Both the position numbers and the translations under genes were made by a program. 64,000 bases of DNA from the NCBI GenBank assembly GCA_945903605.1, contig CAMDOH010000001.1, positions 46,301-110,300 of the forward strand, read 5' to 3'. The DNA comes from Akkermansia muciniphila (GTDB taxonomy: Bacteria; Verrucomicrobiota; Verrucomicrobiia; Limisphaerales; UBA1100). The notes beneath the pieces are model-generated. The model searched no databases. It saw nothing but the letters and a program-made list of their open reading frames with translations, and was not told where the DNA came from. Below, in pieces: positions 9,107 through 17,764 of the stretch (positions within the stretch are counted from its first letter, which is position 1; the number at the start of each line of letters is the position of its first letter).

Positions 9107-9903
9107 CTCCACTTTGTGTGGTCGTGGCTGATGGCTCGATCGAGGTGCATGTAGCCGCCATCCACAACGATGATCTGGCCGGTGGTGTGCGAAGACCGAG
9201 GCGAGGAGAGGAAGACAACCATGTCTGCGATTTCCTGCGGCGTGGTCATGCGTCCGCCCAAAGGGATCAACCGTTCGATTCCCGCTTGAGCGGCACGCGC
9301 GTCGGGTTGTGAATCAAACCATTTCTGATACTGGTCCGTGTGGCACTCCGCTGGGAGCAAACAATTCACGCGGACACCCGACGGTGCCAATGCCGCTGCC
9401 CACTCGCGCGTGAGCGCATTCACGCCACCTTTGGCAGCCGCGTAACCGGATGTCCGGCCTTGTCCGGTGACGGATACTTTCGAACCGAGATTCACAATCG
9501 AGCCACGAGCCGCCTTGATCATGTCCTGACAATAATGCGTGAGCGCATACACATGCAGCAGGTTTGCCTTCACGGATTCCATGAATCGTTCCGGAGATTG
9601 ATCCAGTCCCACCGCGTCGTTGAACCCCGCGTTGTTCACGAGAATATCCAGTCGGTTAAAACAACTCATCGCCGCTTCCGCCGCCATTTTGCAGGCAGCA
9701 TCCGTTGAGAGATCTGCTTCGATGAATCGGCATGATTTACCTTCACTGACGAGACTGGCTGCGAGTTGACTGCCTGCAGCCGCTCCGCGATTGACGATGA
9801 TCACGTGCGCGCCTTCGTCGCAAAACGATTTTGAAATGGCCGCGCCGATTCCCTTTGCGCCGCCAGTCACCAGCACGACTTTCCCCTTCAAGCCCAAATC
9901 CAT
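9103..9903 (-). CDS. SDR-family oxidoreductase
   Basis: VVLVTGGAKGIGAAI Rossmann motif, NNAG, and YAAAK catalytic motif. Confidence 0.85.
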   Translation of the reverse strand: MDLGLKGKVVLVTGGAKGIGAAISKSFCDEGAHVIIVNRGAAAGSQLAASLVSEGKSCRFIEADLSTDAACKMAAEAAMSCFNRLDILVNNAGFNDAVGLDQSPERFMESVKANLLHVYALTHYCQDMIKAARGSIVNLGSKVSVTGQGRTSGYAAAKGGVNALTREWAAALAPSGVRVNCLLPAECHTDQYQKWFDSQPDARAAQAGIERLIPLGGRMTTPQEIADMVVFLSSPRSSHTTGQIIVVDGGYMHLDRAISHDHTKWS

Positions 9904-10001
9904 TTCGCGAATTTAGAGCATTCCCTGCGAGTTGGCAATTCGCCTCAGTCAGACAAAACCTTGGTTTGAAAACGGTCGCCCCTTCAAGCACCATTGCGTC
10001 G

Positions 10002-10526
10002 ATGACAATGCCAGTGGTCACAATGCTCCTTTCGGTGGGCTGCCTGTTGGGCTGCCAAAAATCCACCGCCTCAAAACCCGTGAGGCTGCCCGTTGCTCCC
10101 GCTGCGCCCCAAATCCACACCGAAGCGCAGCCCCGATTGCCCATCATCCGCCTGTTCATCGGCGCGGCTGAGATTGAAACCGAACAAGCCATCCGTCCCG
10201 AACACCGCGAGCGCGGCATGATGTTCCGCAAAACGATGGGCGAAAACGAAGCGATGATCTTTGTGTTCCAGCAGCCGCAGCGCCTCGGATTCTGGATGAA
10301 AAACACGACCGTGCCGCTCTCCGCTGCGTACATCGATTCCGCCGGAAAGGTGCTTGAAATACACGACCTCAAACCGCTCGACGAAAATCCAGCACAATCC
10401 ATTTCCGATCGCATCCAATACGTCCTCGAAGTTCCGCAAGGATGGTTTGAACGACGCCAGATCAAACCCGGCGCCTTGATTCGTACTGAACGTGGCACAC
10501 TTCAGGAGACCTACTTCGGCAACTGA
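10002..10526 (+). CDS. DUF192-domain lipoprotein
   Basis: The ATG at 10002 gives MTMPVVTMLLSVGCLLGC (lipobox). The core RERGMMFRKTMGENEAMIFVF...FWMKNTTVPLSAAYID is DUF192. The track ORF start at 9831 overlaps the SDR gene. Confidence 0.8.
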   Translation: MTMPVVTMLLSVGCLLGCQKSTASKPVRLPVAPAAPQIHTEAQPRLPIIRLFIGAAEIETEQAIRPEHRERGMMFRKTMGENEAMIFVFQQPQRLGFWMKNTTVPLSAAYIDSAGKVLEIHDLKPLDENPAQSISDRIQYVLEVPQGWFERRQIKPGALIRTERGTLQETYFGN

Positions 10527-12163
10527 TGAGGATTGCCCTCGCACAACTCAACACCACCGTCGGGGATTTTGCCGGCAATGAGGCGAAGATTCTCAACGCT
10601 TATCAACGCGCGGTGCAAGCTGGTGCGGAACTGGTCGTCTGCCCCGAGCTTGCCATCACGGGCTATCCGCCGCGCGATCTGCTTTTGAAGAACGGATTCA
10701 TCGCCGGCAATCTGGCGGTGCTCGATCGGCTGGCTGCCGCCACGGGCAGGGCGGGATTGGTCGTCGGCTATGTGGACGAGAATAAAAAACGGCCCGGCCG
10801 AGCGGCGACCAACTCTGTCGCACTGCTTGCCGATGGCGCGAGAGTGGCCACGCGCGCAAAGTCGCTCCTGCCCACTTACGATGTCTTTGATGAGGACCGT
10901 TATTTTGAGCCTGCGGAAACCAACGCGCCTGTCGTCTTTGGCGGTCGCCAACTCGGATTGACCGTCTGCGAGGATTGTTGGAACGACGAAGGATTCTGGC
11001 GCGACCGCCGTTATCGCCGCAATCCGGCGGCCGATCTCGTGCAGGCTGGCGCGGAATTACTCATCAATGTCTCCGCATCGCCGTGGCACATCGGCAAGCA
11101 CGCGACGCGCGAGGCGATGCTGGCAAGTCTGGCGGCGAAATTGCAGCGCCCGCTCTTTTACTGCAATGCGGTGGGGGGCAATGATGAACTCATCTTCGAT
11201 GGCGCGAGCTTGGTGTTTGACGCTGCGGGCCGCGTGGCTGCTCGCGGCAGGAAGTTTGAGGAAGACCTCCTGCTCGTGGATTCAGATGCGCTTGCACTCT
11301 CGCCCGCCGATGCGGCCACCGATGAGGAGCATCTGCACAATGCGCTTGTACTGGGCCTGCGTGATTACCTGCACAAGTGCGGCTTCCAATCCGCTGTGCT
11401 GGGACTGAGTGGCGGGATTGATTCGGCAGTCGTGGCGTGTCTGGCCGTCGCCGCATTGGGCGCCCAGAATGTGCGGGGCGTTTCGATGCCCTCAAAATTT
11501 TCATCGCAGGGCAGTCTGGATGATGCCCGCGTGCTGGCGGAAACACTCGGCATTCGTTACGATGTGGTGCCGATTCAAAATGCACATCAGACTTTGGAAG
11601 GCGAGTTGCGGGGCGTTTTTGCCGGATGCAGTGAGGACACGACGGAGGAGAATTTGCAGGCGCGTTTGCGTGGCGTCATCCTGATGGCCCTCTCAAACAA
11701 ATTCGGTTCCCTCGTCCTGACCACCGGCAACAAGAGCGAGCTTGCCGTGGGTTATTGCACACTCTACGGCGACATGTGCGGCGGGCTGGCCGTCATCAGT
11801 GACGTGCCTAAAACGATGGTGTACCGGCTCGCTGCATGGATTAATCGCGAGCGCGAAATCATCCCGCGCGCGTCCATCACGAAGCCCCCTTCGGCCGAGT
11901 TACGGCCCAACCAGACCGATCAGGATTCACTGCCGCCTTATGATGTGCTCGACGCGATTCTCGAGGAGTACGTGGTGAAAGGCGCTGCGGCAGCCGACAT
12001 CATCGCCAGCGGTTTTGATGCGGAGACCGTCAGGCGCGTCCTGCGTCTCATTGATTTGAACGAGTACAAACGCCGGCAAGCTGCGCCCGGTTTGAAGGTG
12101 ACGACGAAGGCCTTTGGCATCGGCCGTCGCATCCCGGTGGCGCAGCGTTACCGCGAAGTCTGA
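10526..12163 (+). CDS. nadE: glutamine-dependent NAD+ synthetase
   Basis: N-terminal CN-hydrolase domain ([17 protein letters not shown]) plus a C-terminal NAD-synthetase SGGIDS PP-loop. Confidence 0.95.
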   Translation: MRIALAQLNTTVGDFAGNEAKILNAYQRAVQAGAELVVCPELAITGYPPRDLLLKNGFIAGNLAVLDRLAAATGRAGLVVGYVDENKKRPGRAATNSVALLADGARVATRAKSLLPTYDVFDEDRYFEPAETNAPVVFGGRQLGLTVCEDCWNDEGFWRDRRYRRNPAADLVQAGAELLINVSASPWHIGKHATREAMLASLAAKLQRPLFYCNAVGGNDELIFDGASLVFDAAGRVAARGRKFEEDLLLVDSDALALSPADAATDEEHLHNALVLGLRDYLHKCGFQSAVLGLSGGIDSAVVACLAVAALGAQNVRGVSMPSKFSSQGSLDDARVLAETLGIRYDVVPIQNAHQTLEGELRGVFAGCSEDTTEENLQARLRGVILMALSNKFGSLVLTTGNKSELAVGYCTLYGDMCGGLAVISDVPKTMVYRLAAWINREREIIPRASITKPPSAELRPNQTDQDSLPPYDVLDAILEEYVVKGAAAADIIASGFDAETVRRVLRLIDLNEYKRRQAAPGLKVTTKAFGIGRRIPVAQRYREV

Positions 12164-12176
12164 TTTGATTTTTAAC

Positions 12177-13463
12177 ATGGTCACGCGAATCCAATCCGAA
12201 ACTCTTTTTGCCGAGGCGCTCCTTCATATCCCCGGTGGCGTCAACTCGCCCGTGCGCGCTTTTCGTGGAGTGGGCGGCCAGCCTTTCTTCGTGAATTCGG
12301 CGAAGGGCGCGCGTGTCACCACGGTCGATGGCGACGAGTTGATCGACTACGTCGGCACTTGGGGGCCGGCCATCCACGGTCACGCGCATCCAGCAATCAT
12401 AGCGGCAGTGAAGGCAGCGGCAGATTTTGGCACGAGCTTTGGAATCCCCAATCCGTTGGAAGTGCGGATGGCCAAGCTCATCAAGGCCGCCGTGCCGAGC
12501 GTGGGAAAAGTGCGGATGACCAACTCCGGCACCGAGGCGTGCATGAGCGCCATCCGCCTCGCACGCGGATTCACCCAGCGCGACAAGATCATCAAATTCG
12601 ACGGCTGCTATCACGGCCACGCGGACTCGCTCCTCGTGAAGGCCGGCTCCGGTGCGCTCACTTTCGGGCATCCCGACAGCGCGGGTGTGCCCGCCTCTTT
12701 TACACAGCACACGATTGTTCTGCCGTTCAATGATGTGGACGCCGTGCGCGCGGCTTTCGCGGCGAACCCCGGACAGATTGCCGGCATCATTCTGGAACCC
12801 GTGCCGGGCAATGCCGGACTTTATCTGCCGCAACTCGGCTACCTCGAAGCCCTGCGCGAGATGACGCAAAACGACGGCGCGCTTCTCATCTTTGATGAAG
12901 TGATGACCGGCTTTCGACTGGCTCGCGGCGGCGCGCAGGAACGCTTTGGGATTCGCCCCGACCTGTCCTGCTTTGGAAAAATCATCGGCGGCGGATTGCC
13001 CGTGGGCGCATTCGGCGGTCGCGCGGAAATCATGGATTGCCTCGCGCCACTGGGGCCTGTCTATCAAGCCGGCACGTTGAGCGGCAACCCGCTGGCAATG
13101 GCTGCGGGCATCGCGGCATTGGAAGAATTGGAGAAGGGCGATGCCTATTCCAAATTGGAGGAACGCGCCGCGCAGTTGAGGGCGGGAATGCGCGAGGCGG
13201 CTTTGCTTGCGGGCGTCGCCGTGCAGTTTAATTCCTGCGGCTCGATGTTCTGCGGCTATTTTACCGACAAACCCGTGCACAGTCTGGCTGATGCGATGCA
13301 CAGCGACCGCGCGCGATTCGCCAAATATTTCCACGGCATGTTGGCGGCGGGGATTTATCTCGCGCCATCGCAGTTTGAAGCTGGATTTATTTCCACCGCC
13401 CACACCGAGGCCGACATCGACGCGACCGTGCGTGCGGCGGCGAAAGTCATGAAAACACTTTAA
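12177..13463 (+). CDS. hemL: glutamate-1-semialdehyde 2,1-aminomutase
   Basis: [25 protein letters not shown]...YHGHAD...[12 protein letters not shown] at 12177. Confidence 0.95.
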   Translation: MVTRIQSETLFAEALLHIPGGVNSPVRAFRGVGGQPFFVNSAKGARVTTVDGDELIDYVGTWGPAIHGHAHPAIIAAVKAAADFGTSFGIPNPLEVRMAKLIKAAVPSVGKVRMTNSGTEACMSAIRLARGFTQRDKIIKFDGCYHGHADSLLVKAGSGALTFGHPDSAGVPASFTQHTIVLPFNDVDAVRAAFAANPGQIAGIILEPVPGNAGLYLPQLGYLEALREMTQNDGALLIFDEVMTGFRLARGGAQERFGIRPDLSCFGKIIGGGLPVGAFGGRAEIMDCLAPLGPVYQAGTLSGNPLAMAAGIAALEELEKGDAYSKLEERAAQLRAGMREAALLAGVAVQFNSCGSMFCGYFTDKPVHSLADAMHSDRARFAKYFHGMLAAGIYLAPSQFEAGFISTAHTEADIDATVRAAAKVMKTL

Positions 13464-13466
13464 GTC

Positions 13467-13877
13467 ATGCGCATTCTTGCATTGGATCATGGAACGGTTC
13501 GGATAGGCGTCGCCTTGAGCGACGAATTAAAGATGCTCGCGCAGCCGCTGGAATTTATCCCGGCCGAGCCCTTCGCCGATTTTCTTTTGCGACTGCGGCA
13601 ACTCCTGAAGGAAAAAGAAGTGGAGTTGGTGCTCGTCGGCATGCCGCGCAACATGGACGGCAGCTACGGGCCGGCGGCGCTCAAGGTGCGGGAGTTTGTC
13701 GCGGTGTTGAAAGAGAGCATCGCCGTTCCGGTGCGGACGTGGGATGAGCGGCTCACCTCCGTGCAAGCTCATCGGATGCTCGCCGAGGCGGGAGTGAAAG
13801 CCAAAGACCGCAAGACAAAGGTGGATCGCAGCGCGGCGGCCATACTCCTGCAGAGTTACCTCGATGGCCTTTCGTGA
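13467..13877 (+). CDS. ruvX: Holliday-junction resolvase-like nuclease RuvX (YqgF)
   Basis: MRILALDHGTVRIGVALSD...GMPRNMDGS...DERLTSV. Confidence 0.9.
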   Translation: MRILALDHGTVRIGVALSDELKMLAQPLEFIPAEPFADFLLRLRQLLKEKEVELVLVGMPRNMDGSYGPAALKVREFVAVLKESIAVPVRTWDERLTSVQAHRMLAEAGVKAKDRKTKVDRSAAAILLQSYLDGLS

Positions 13878-14659
13878 GCGCGATCAAATTCAAGCTGACC
13901 ATCGCCTACGACGGCACCGGTTACGTCGGCTGGCAGGTGCAAAAGAGCGGGAAGGGCGTTCAAGAAATTGTGGAGGCGGCGCTCGCTCGTTTATTTCCCA
14001 GCCGCCCGCAACTGCTCAGTTCCAGCCGCACCGACACGGGCGTGCATGCGATGGGCATGGTGGCGCACTTCGAGGTATTGCGCGCGGAATACAAGATGCC
14101 CGCGAACAGGCTTCTTCTTCTGGCGCTCAACGCGTGGTTGCCCCATGACATCCGCGTGATGCACGTCGCGCGGTCGAAGCCGGACTTTCACGCGCGTTAC
14201 GACGCCAGTGGCAAACAGTATCGTTATCTCGTTTGGAATCATCCTTCGGCCAATCCCATCCTGCGCACGCAATCCTGGCACGTGCCTCGCGCGCTGGATG
14301 TCGCGGCGATGCGCAAAGCAGCGCAGCTTTTTGTGGGCAAGCACGACTTCCGTTCACTCGCGGCCAATCGTGGTGATGTGCTGAAGGACGCCGTGCGCAC
14401 ATTGACGCGTTGCGACGTTCGCCGCAGTGGATCGCAGATCACCTTCATCATCGAGGGCGATGGCTTCCTTTACAAAATGTGTCGGGGCATCGTGGGGACG
14501 GTTGTGCAAGTGGGGCAGGGCAAGATTGCTGCGGCCGACATCAAGCGCATTCTCGCCCATCGCGACCGGCGCGTGGCGGGCATGACCGCGCCTGCGCACG
14601 GGTTGGTGCTGTGGAAAGTTTATTACCCGAAGCCATCGCGCAGGAAAGAAAAGCGATGA
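13874..14659 (+). CDS. truA: tRNA pseudouridine(38-40) synthase
   Basis: GTG start overlapping the ruvX stop. KLTIAYDGTGYVGWQ...SSSRTDTGVHAMG (catalytic Asp motif). Confidence 0.95.
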   Translation: MSAIKFKLTIAYDGTGYVGWQVQKSGKGVQEIVEAALARLFPSRPQLLSSSRTDTGVHAMGMVAHFEVLRAEYKMPANRLLLLALNAWLPHDIRVMHVARSKPDFHARYDASGKQYRYLVWNHPSANPILRTQSWHVPRALDVAAMRKAAQLFVGKHDFRSLAANRGDVLKDAVRTLTRCDVRRSGSQITFIIEGDGFLYKMCRGIVGTVVQVGQGKIAAADIKRILAHRDRRVAGMTAPAHGLVLWKVYYPKPSRRKEKR

Positions 14660-15123
14660 ACGTGGTGCTCGTCGAACCGGAAATCCCGCCAAACACCGGC
14701 AACGTGGCGCGGCTTTGCGCAGCGACACGCACGACGCTGCATCTGGTGGAGCCATTGGGATTCAAGCTGGATGACGCGCAATTGAAACGTGCCGGCATGG
14801 ATTACTGGCAGCATGTGCAGTGGCAACGCTGGGCAAACTGGGCGGCGTTTCAATCAGCGTTGCCGGTGGATGGGCGACTTTGGTTTGTCGAACAGGGCGG
14901 CACACGGCGTTATGACGAGGCGAAGTTTGCGAAGAACGACTATCTCGTCTTCGGTCGCGAGAGCGCTGGCTTGCCGCGCGCATTATGGGAAGCCAATCCC
15001 GAGCGTCACCTGCGCATCCCCATGTTGAATACCGAGGCCCGCTCGCTCAATCTTTCCAACTGCGTGGCACTGGTGCTGTACGAGGCTCTGCGCCAACAGG
15101 GATTTGCCGGCGAGATTTCGTAG
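14656..15123 (+). CDS. trmL: tRNA (cytidine/uridine-2'-O)-methyltransferase TrmL (SpoU family)
   Basis: MNVVLVEPEIPPNTGNVARLCAAT...LVFGRESAGLP...SLNLSN. ATGA overlap with the truA stop. The upstream part of the track ORF (14410-14655) is out-of-frame overlap with truA. Confidence 0.9.
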   Translation: MNVVLVEPEIPPNTGNVARLCAATRTTLHLVEPLGFKLDDAQLKRAGMDYWQHVQWQRWANWAAFQSALPVDGRLWFVEQGGTRRYDEAKFAKNDYLVFGRESAGLPRALWEANPERHLRIPMLNTEARSLNLSNCVALVLYEALRQQGFAGEIS

Positions 15124-15127
15124 CGTC

Positions 15128-15610
15128 TTAGTTGGCCGACTCGGCTGTGCGAAAGATGTTGATGATTTCGTCGGGTTTCGTTGCGGAGAGTAATTTTTGG
15201 CGCAGGGCTGTGTCGCGCAAAAGGCGGCTGATGCGTGCGAGGACGGTGAGATGTTGAGAGAGGTCGGGAGCGGCGATGAGGAAGATGAGTTTCACCGCTC
15301 GACCATCGATCGAGTTGAATGCCAATCCGGAATTGTGCCGGCCAAAAATGACGATGGGAGTTTTGAGAATTCCGGGAAGAACATTTCTGGCATGGGGCAG
15401 TGCAACTCCATCGCCGACGCCGGTGGTATGAAGACGTTCGCGATCGAGCACGGCTGAAATGAGGAGATCTCGCTCGCTGGGCTTGTCGGCGAGTTCGGGG
15501 ATGAGATGGGCGAGTTCGCCAATGGCATCATCGCGTGTGGCAGATTGGAGGCTGAGCTGGATGCAAGCGGGTCTTAGAATTTCGGAGAGGCGGACATTTT
15601 CGGCTTTCAT
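15128..15610 (-). CDS. ptsN: PTS EIIA(Ntr)-like regulatory protein
   Basis: LSEILRPACIQLSLQSATRDDAIGEL...HTTGVGDGVALPHAR (EIIA type-2 active-site His). ATG 15610 is preferred over GTG 15670. Confidence 0.8.
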   Translation of the reverse strand: MKAENVRLSEILRPACIQLSLQSATRDDAIGELAHLIPELADKPSERDLLISAVLDRERLHTTGVGDGVALPHARNVLPGILKTPIVIFGRHNSGLAFNSIDGRAVKLIFLIAAPDLSQHLTVLARISRLLRDTALRQKLLSATKPDEIINIFRTAESAN

Positions 15611-15727
15611 GAATTGAACTGTGATGACGGAGCCCATGTCGTTGAGCAACGATAAAATGTGCGTTGACACTGCTGGGGCGCAGCTTCATCGTCCGGCGTC
15701 CAATTCGACGGGGGTTGATTTGGGCAA

Positions 15728-15838
15728 CTCATTGCGAGTGGCTGAGGGACTGGCCCTGTGAAGCCACGGCAACCGATCGGGGATGCGTTCCCGGTGACAG
15801 GTGCTAATTCCAGCTGGACGAGAGTCCGGGAAGATGAG
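15728..15838 (+). promoter_or_regulatory. SAM-I (S-box) riboswitch aptamer
   Basis: P1 CTCAT...ATGAG. Conserved blocks appear in canonical order: GAGGGACTGGCCC, GTGAAGCC, CGGCAACC, AGGTGCTAATTCCAGC. Confidence 0.85.
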
Positions 15839-15857
15839 GTGGTGCGCTGACTGTTTG

Positions 15858-15886
15858 GCCCCGCTCAACTTCAAGCGGGGTTTTTT
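15858..15886 (+). terminator. riboswitch expression-platform intrinsic terminator
   Basis: CCCCGCT-caacttca-AGCGGGG followed by TTTTTT, 20 nt after the aptamer and 27 nt before the ATG at 15913. Confidence 0.8.
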
Positions 15887-15912
15887 ATTACCCCGACAAG
15901 CGCGCGAACGGG

Positions 15913-17181
15913 ATGATTGATATGGAAAAACAAGATGGATTCATGAGGGCGTTGAAGTGTCGCGAATGCGGGCGGGAATATCCGCTGGCAGCGACGCATG
16001 TCTGTGAGTTTGATTTCGGTCCGCTGGAAGTGGCATACGATTATGACCGCGCAAAGAAGTCGATGACCCGGGCAGCGATCGAATCACGACCGCGCACGAT
16101 GTGGCGCTACGCGGAATTGTTGCCGATTGCTGGCGCGCCGACGGTGGGCTTTCAAGTGGGGTTCACGCCGCTGGTCAAAGCGGATCGACTGGCGAAGCGG
16201 CTGGGTATCCGCGAGCTTTGGATCAAAAACGACACGGTGAATTATCCGACACTCTCTTTCAAAGATCGCGTGGTGAGTGTGGCGTTGAGCCGTGCGAAGG
16301 AGCTGGGGTTCAAGGTGGTCGCTTGCGCGTCGACGGGCAATCTCGCCAACTCTGTGGCGGCGAATGCGGCGGCGGCTGGGCTGAAGGCATTTGTTTTCAT
16401 CCCGCATGATCTGGAGCAGGGGAAGGTTTTGAACTCGCTGATTTACGGCGCAAACGTGATTTCCATCAAGGGTCATTACGACGAGGTGAACCGTCTTTGT
16501 GCGGAGATCGCAGGGAAATCCGGTTGGGCATTTGTGAATGTGAACATGCGCCCGTATTACGCGGAGGGATCGAAGTCGATGGGCTTTGAAATTGTGGAGC
16601 AACTCGGCTGGCGGATTCCTCGCCACACGGTTGTCTGCATGGCATCAGGTTCGTTGCTGACAAAGATTCACAAAAGTTATCAGGAACTGGTCAAGTTGGA
16701 TCTGGTGACGGAGACGCCATTCAAAGTGCATGGCGCGCAGGCCACGGGCTGCAATCCCATCACGGCGGCGCAGAAATCCGGGATGGATTTTTTCAAGCCG
16801 GTGAAGCCCGACACGATTGCCAAATCGCTGGCGATCGGCACGCCCGCCGATGGCTTTTATGCGCTGCGTTCGATGAAAGAAACGGGAAGTGCGAGCGATG
16901 ATGTGACGGATGATGAAATCCGCGAAGGGATCAAGTTGCTTGCGGAGACGGAGGGGATTTTTGCGGAGACTGCGGGGGGAGTGACCGTGGGCGTGGCGAA
17001 GAAACTCATTGCCTCGGGCAAGATTCCGGCGGACGATTCGGCGGTGTTGTGCATCACCGGCAACGGGCTCAAGACGCTCGATGCTGTGGCTGGGCACGCT
17101 GGACAAACTCGCGAGATCCGGCCGAGCTTGCGCGAATTTGATAAATTGATGGAAGCCGAACCGCAATTAGCCAACGCATAA
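15913..17181 (+). CDS. threonine-synthase-like PLP enzyme (candidate O-phosphohomoserine sulfhydrylase)
   Basis: 422 aa. PLP-lysine motif YPTLSFKDR, GNLANS, and an N-terminal Cys ribbon KCRECG...HVC. The family call is confident; the substrate and product are inferred from context. Confidence 0.85.
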   Translation: MIDMEKQDGFMRALKCRECGREYPLAATHVCEFDFGPLEVAYDYDRAKKSMTRAAIESRPRTMWRYAELLPIAGAPTVGFQVGFTPLVKADRLAKRLGIRELWIKNDTVNYPTLSFKDRVVSVALSRAKELGFKVVACASTGNLANSVAANAAAAGLKAFVFIPHDLEQGKVLNSLIYGANVISIKGHYDEVNRLCAEIAGKSGWAFVNVNMRPYYAEGSKSMGFEIVEQLGWRIPRHTVVCMASGSLLTKIHKSYQELVKLDLVTETPFKVHGAQATGCNPITAAQKSGMDFFKPVKPDTIAKSLAIGTPADGFYALRSMKETGSASDDVTDDEIREGIKLLAETEGIFAETAGGVTVGVAKKLIASGKIPADDSAVLCITGNGLKTLDAVAGHAGQTREIRPSLREFDKLMEAEPQLANA

Positions 17182-17184
17182 TTT

Positions 17185-17460
17185 ATGGCAGCGAAAGTAC
17201 GTATCCCAACCCCGTTGAGAAAACTGACAAACGATCAGGACACGGTGGAGGTTCCCGCAGGCACCATTGGACAGGCGATCGATGGATTGCAGGCGCAATT
17301 TCCCGGCATCCGCGATCGTTTGCTGGATGAAAAGGGGGACGTTCGCCGATTTGTGAATGTGTACGTGAATGAAGAGGACATCCGTTTTCTGCAGAACAAA
17401 GAGACAGTGGTGAAGGACGGGGACGAGATCAGCATCATCCCCGCGATTGCTGGAGGTTGA
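17185..17460 (+). CDS. CysO/MoaD/ThiS-type ubiquitin-like sulfur carrier ending in Gly-Gly
   Basis: 91 aa. RFVNVYVNEEDIRFL...DGDEISIIPAIAGG, followed immediately by the stop codon. Confidence 0.85.
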   Translation: MAAKVRIPTPLRKLTNDQDTVEVPAGTIGQAIDGLQAQFPGIRDRLLDEKGDVRRFVNVYVNEEDIRFLQNKETVVKDGDEISIIPAIAGG

Positions 17461-17462
17461 AG

Positions 17463-17738
17463 ATGGCAAAAAAGACAACCCAGGCAAAGTTGGCGCCGGT
17501 TTGCCGCCGCGTGTGGCTCATGTATCCACCCAAATTCATTCAGCAACCCATTGTTTGGGAGCTGACGCACAAATTCAATCTGATCACCAACATCCGTCAG
17601 GCGAGTGTCACCGATGAGATCGGAATTGTTTGTCTGGAGTTGAAGGGAGCTGCGAACACGATCCAGAAAGCGATCAAGTGGCTCGAAAGTCGGCGGATCA
17701 AAGTAGAACCGGTTGAAATCAACGTGATCGATTCGTGA
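17463..17738 (+). CDS. stand-alone NIL-domain protein
   Basis: GGAGG lies 6 nt upstream of ATG 17463. VWLMYPPKFIQQPIVWELTHKFNLITNIRQASVTDEIGIVCLELKG...AIKWLESRRIKVEPV resembles the NIL domain found at the C-terminus of MetN. Confidence 0.7.
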   Translation: MAKKTTQAKLAPVCRRVWLMYPPKFIQQPIVWELTHKFNLITNIRQASVTDEIGIVCLELKGAANTIQKAIKWLESRRIKVEPVEINVIDS

Positions 17739-17764
17739 TTCTGATCATGCCCGATCACTGATAG

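Noticed and set aside
12048-13490. 480-aa ORF on the minus strand covering all of hemL.
   Set aside because: It is an antisense shadow ORF. Its translation is Arg/Ala/Gly/His-rich low complexity with no motifs, while the + strand encodes a textbook HemL.
14410-14655. 5' extension of the trmL ORF.
   Set aside because: It is an out-of-frame overlap with truA. The SpoU-family N-terminus begins at MNVVLVEPE (14656).
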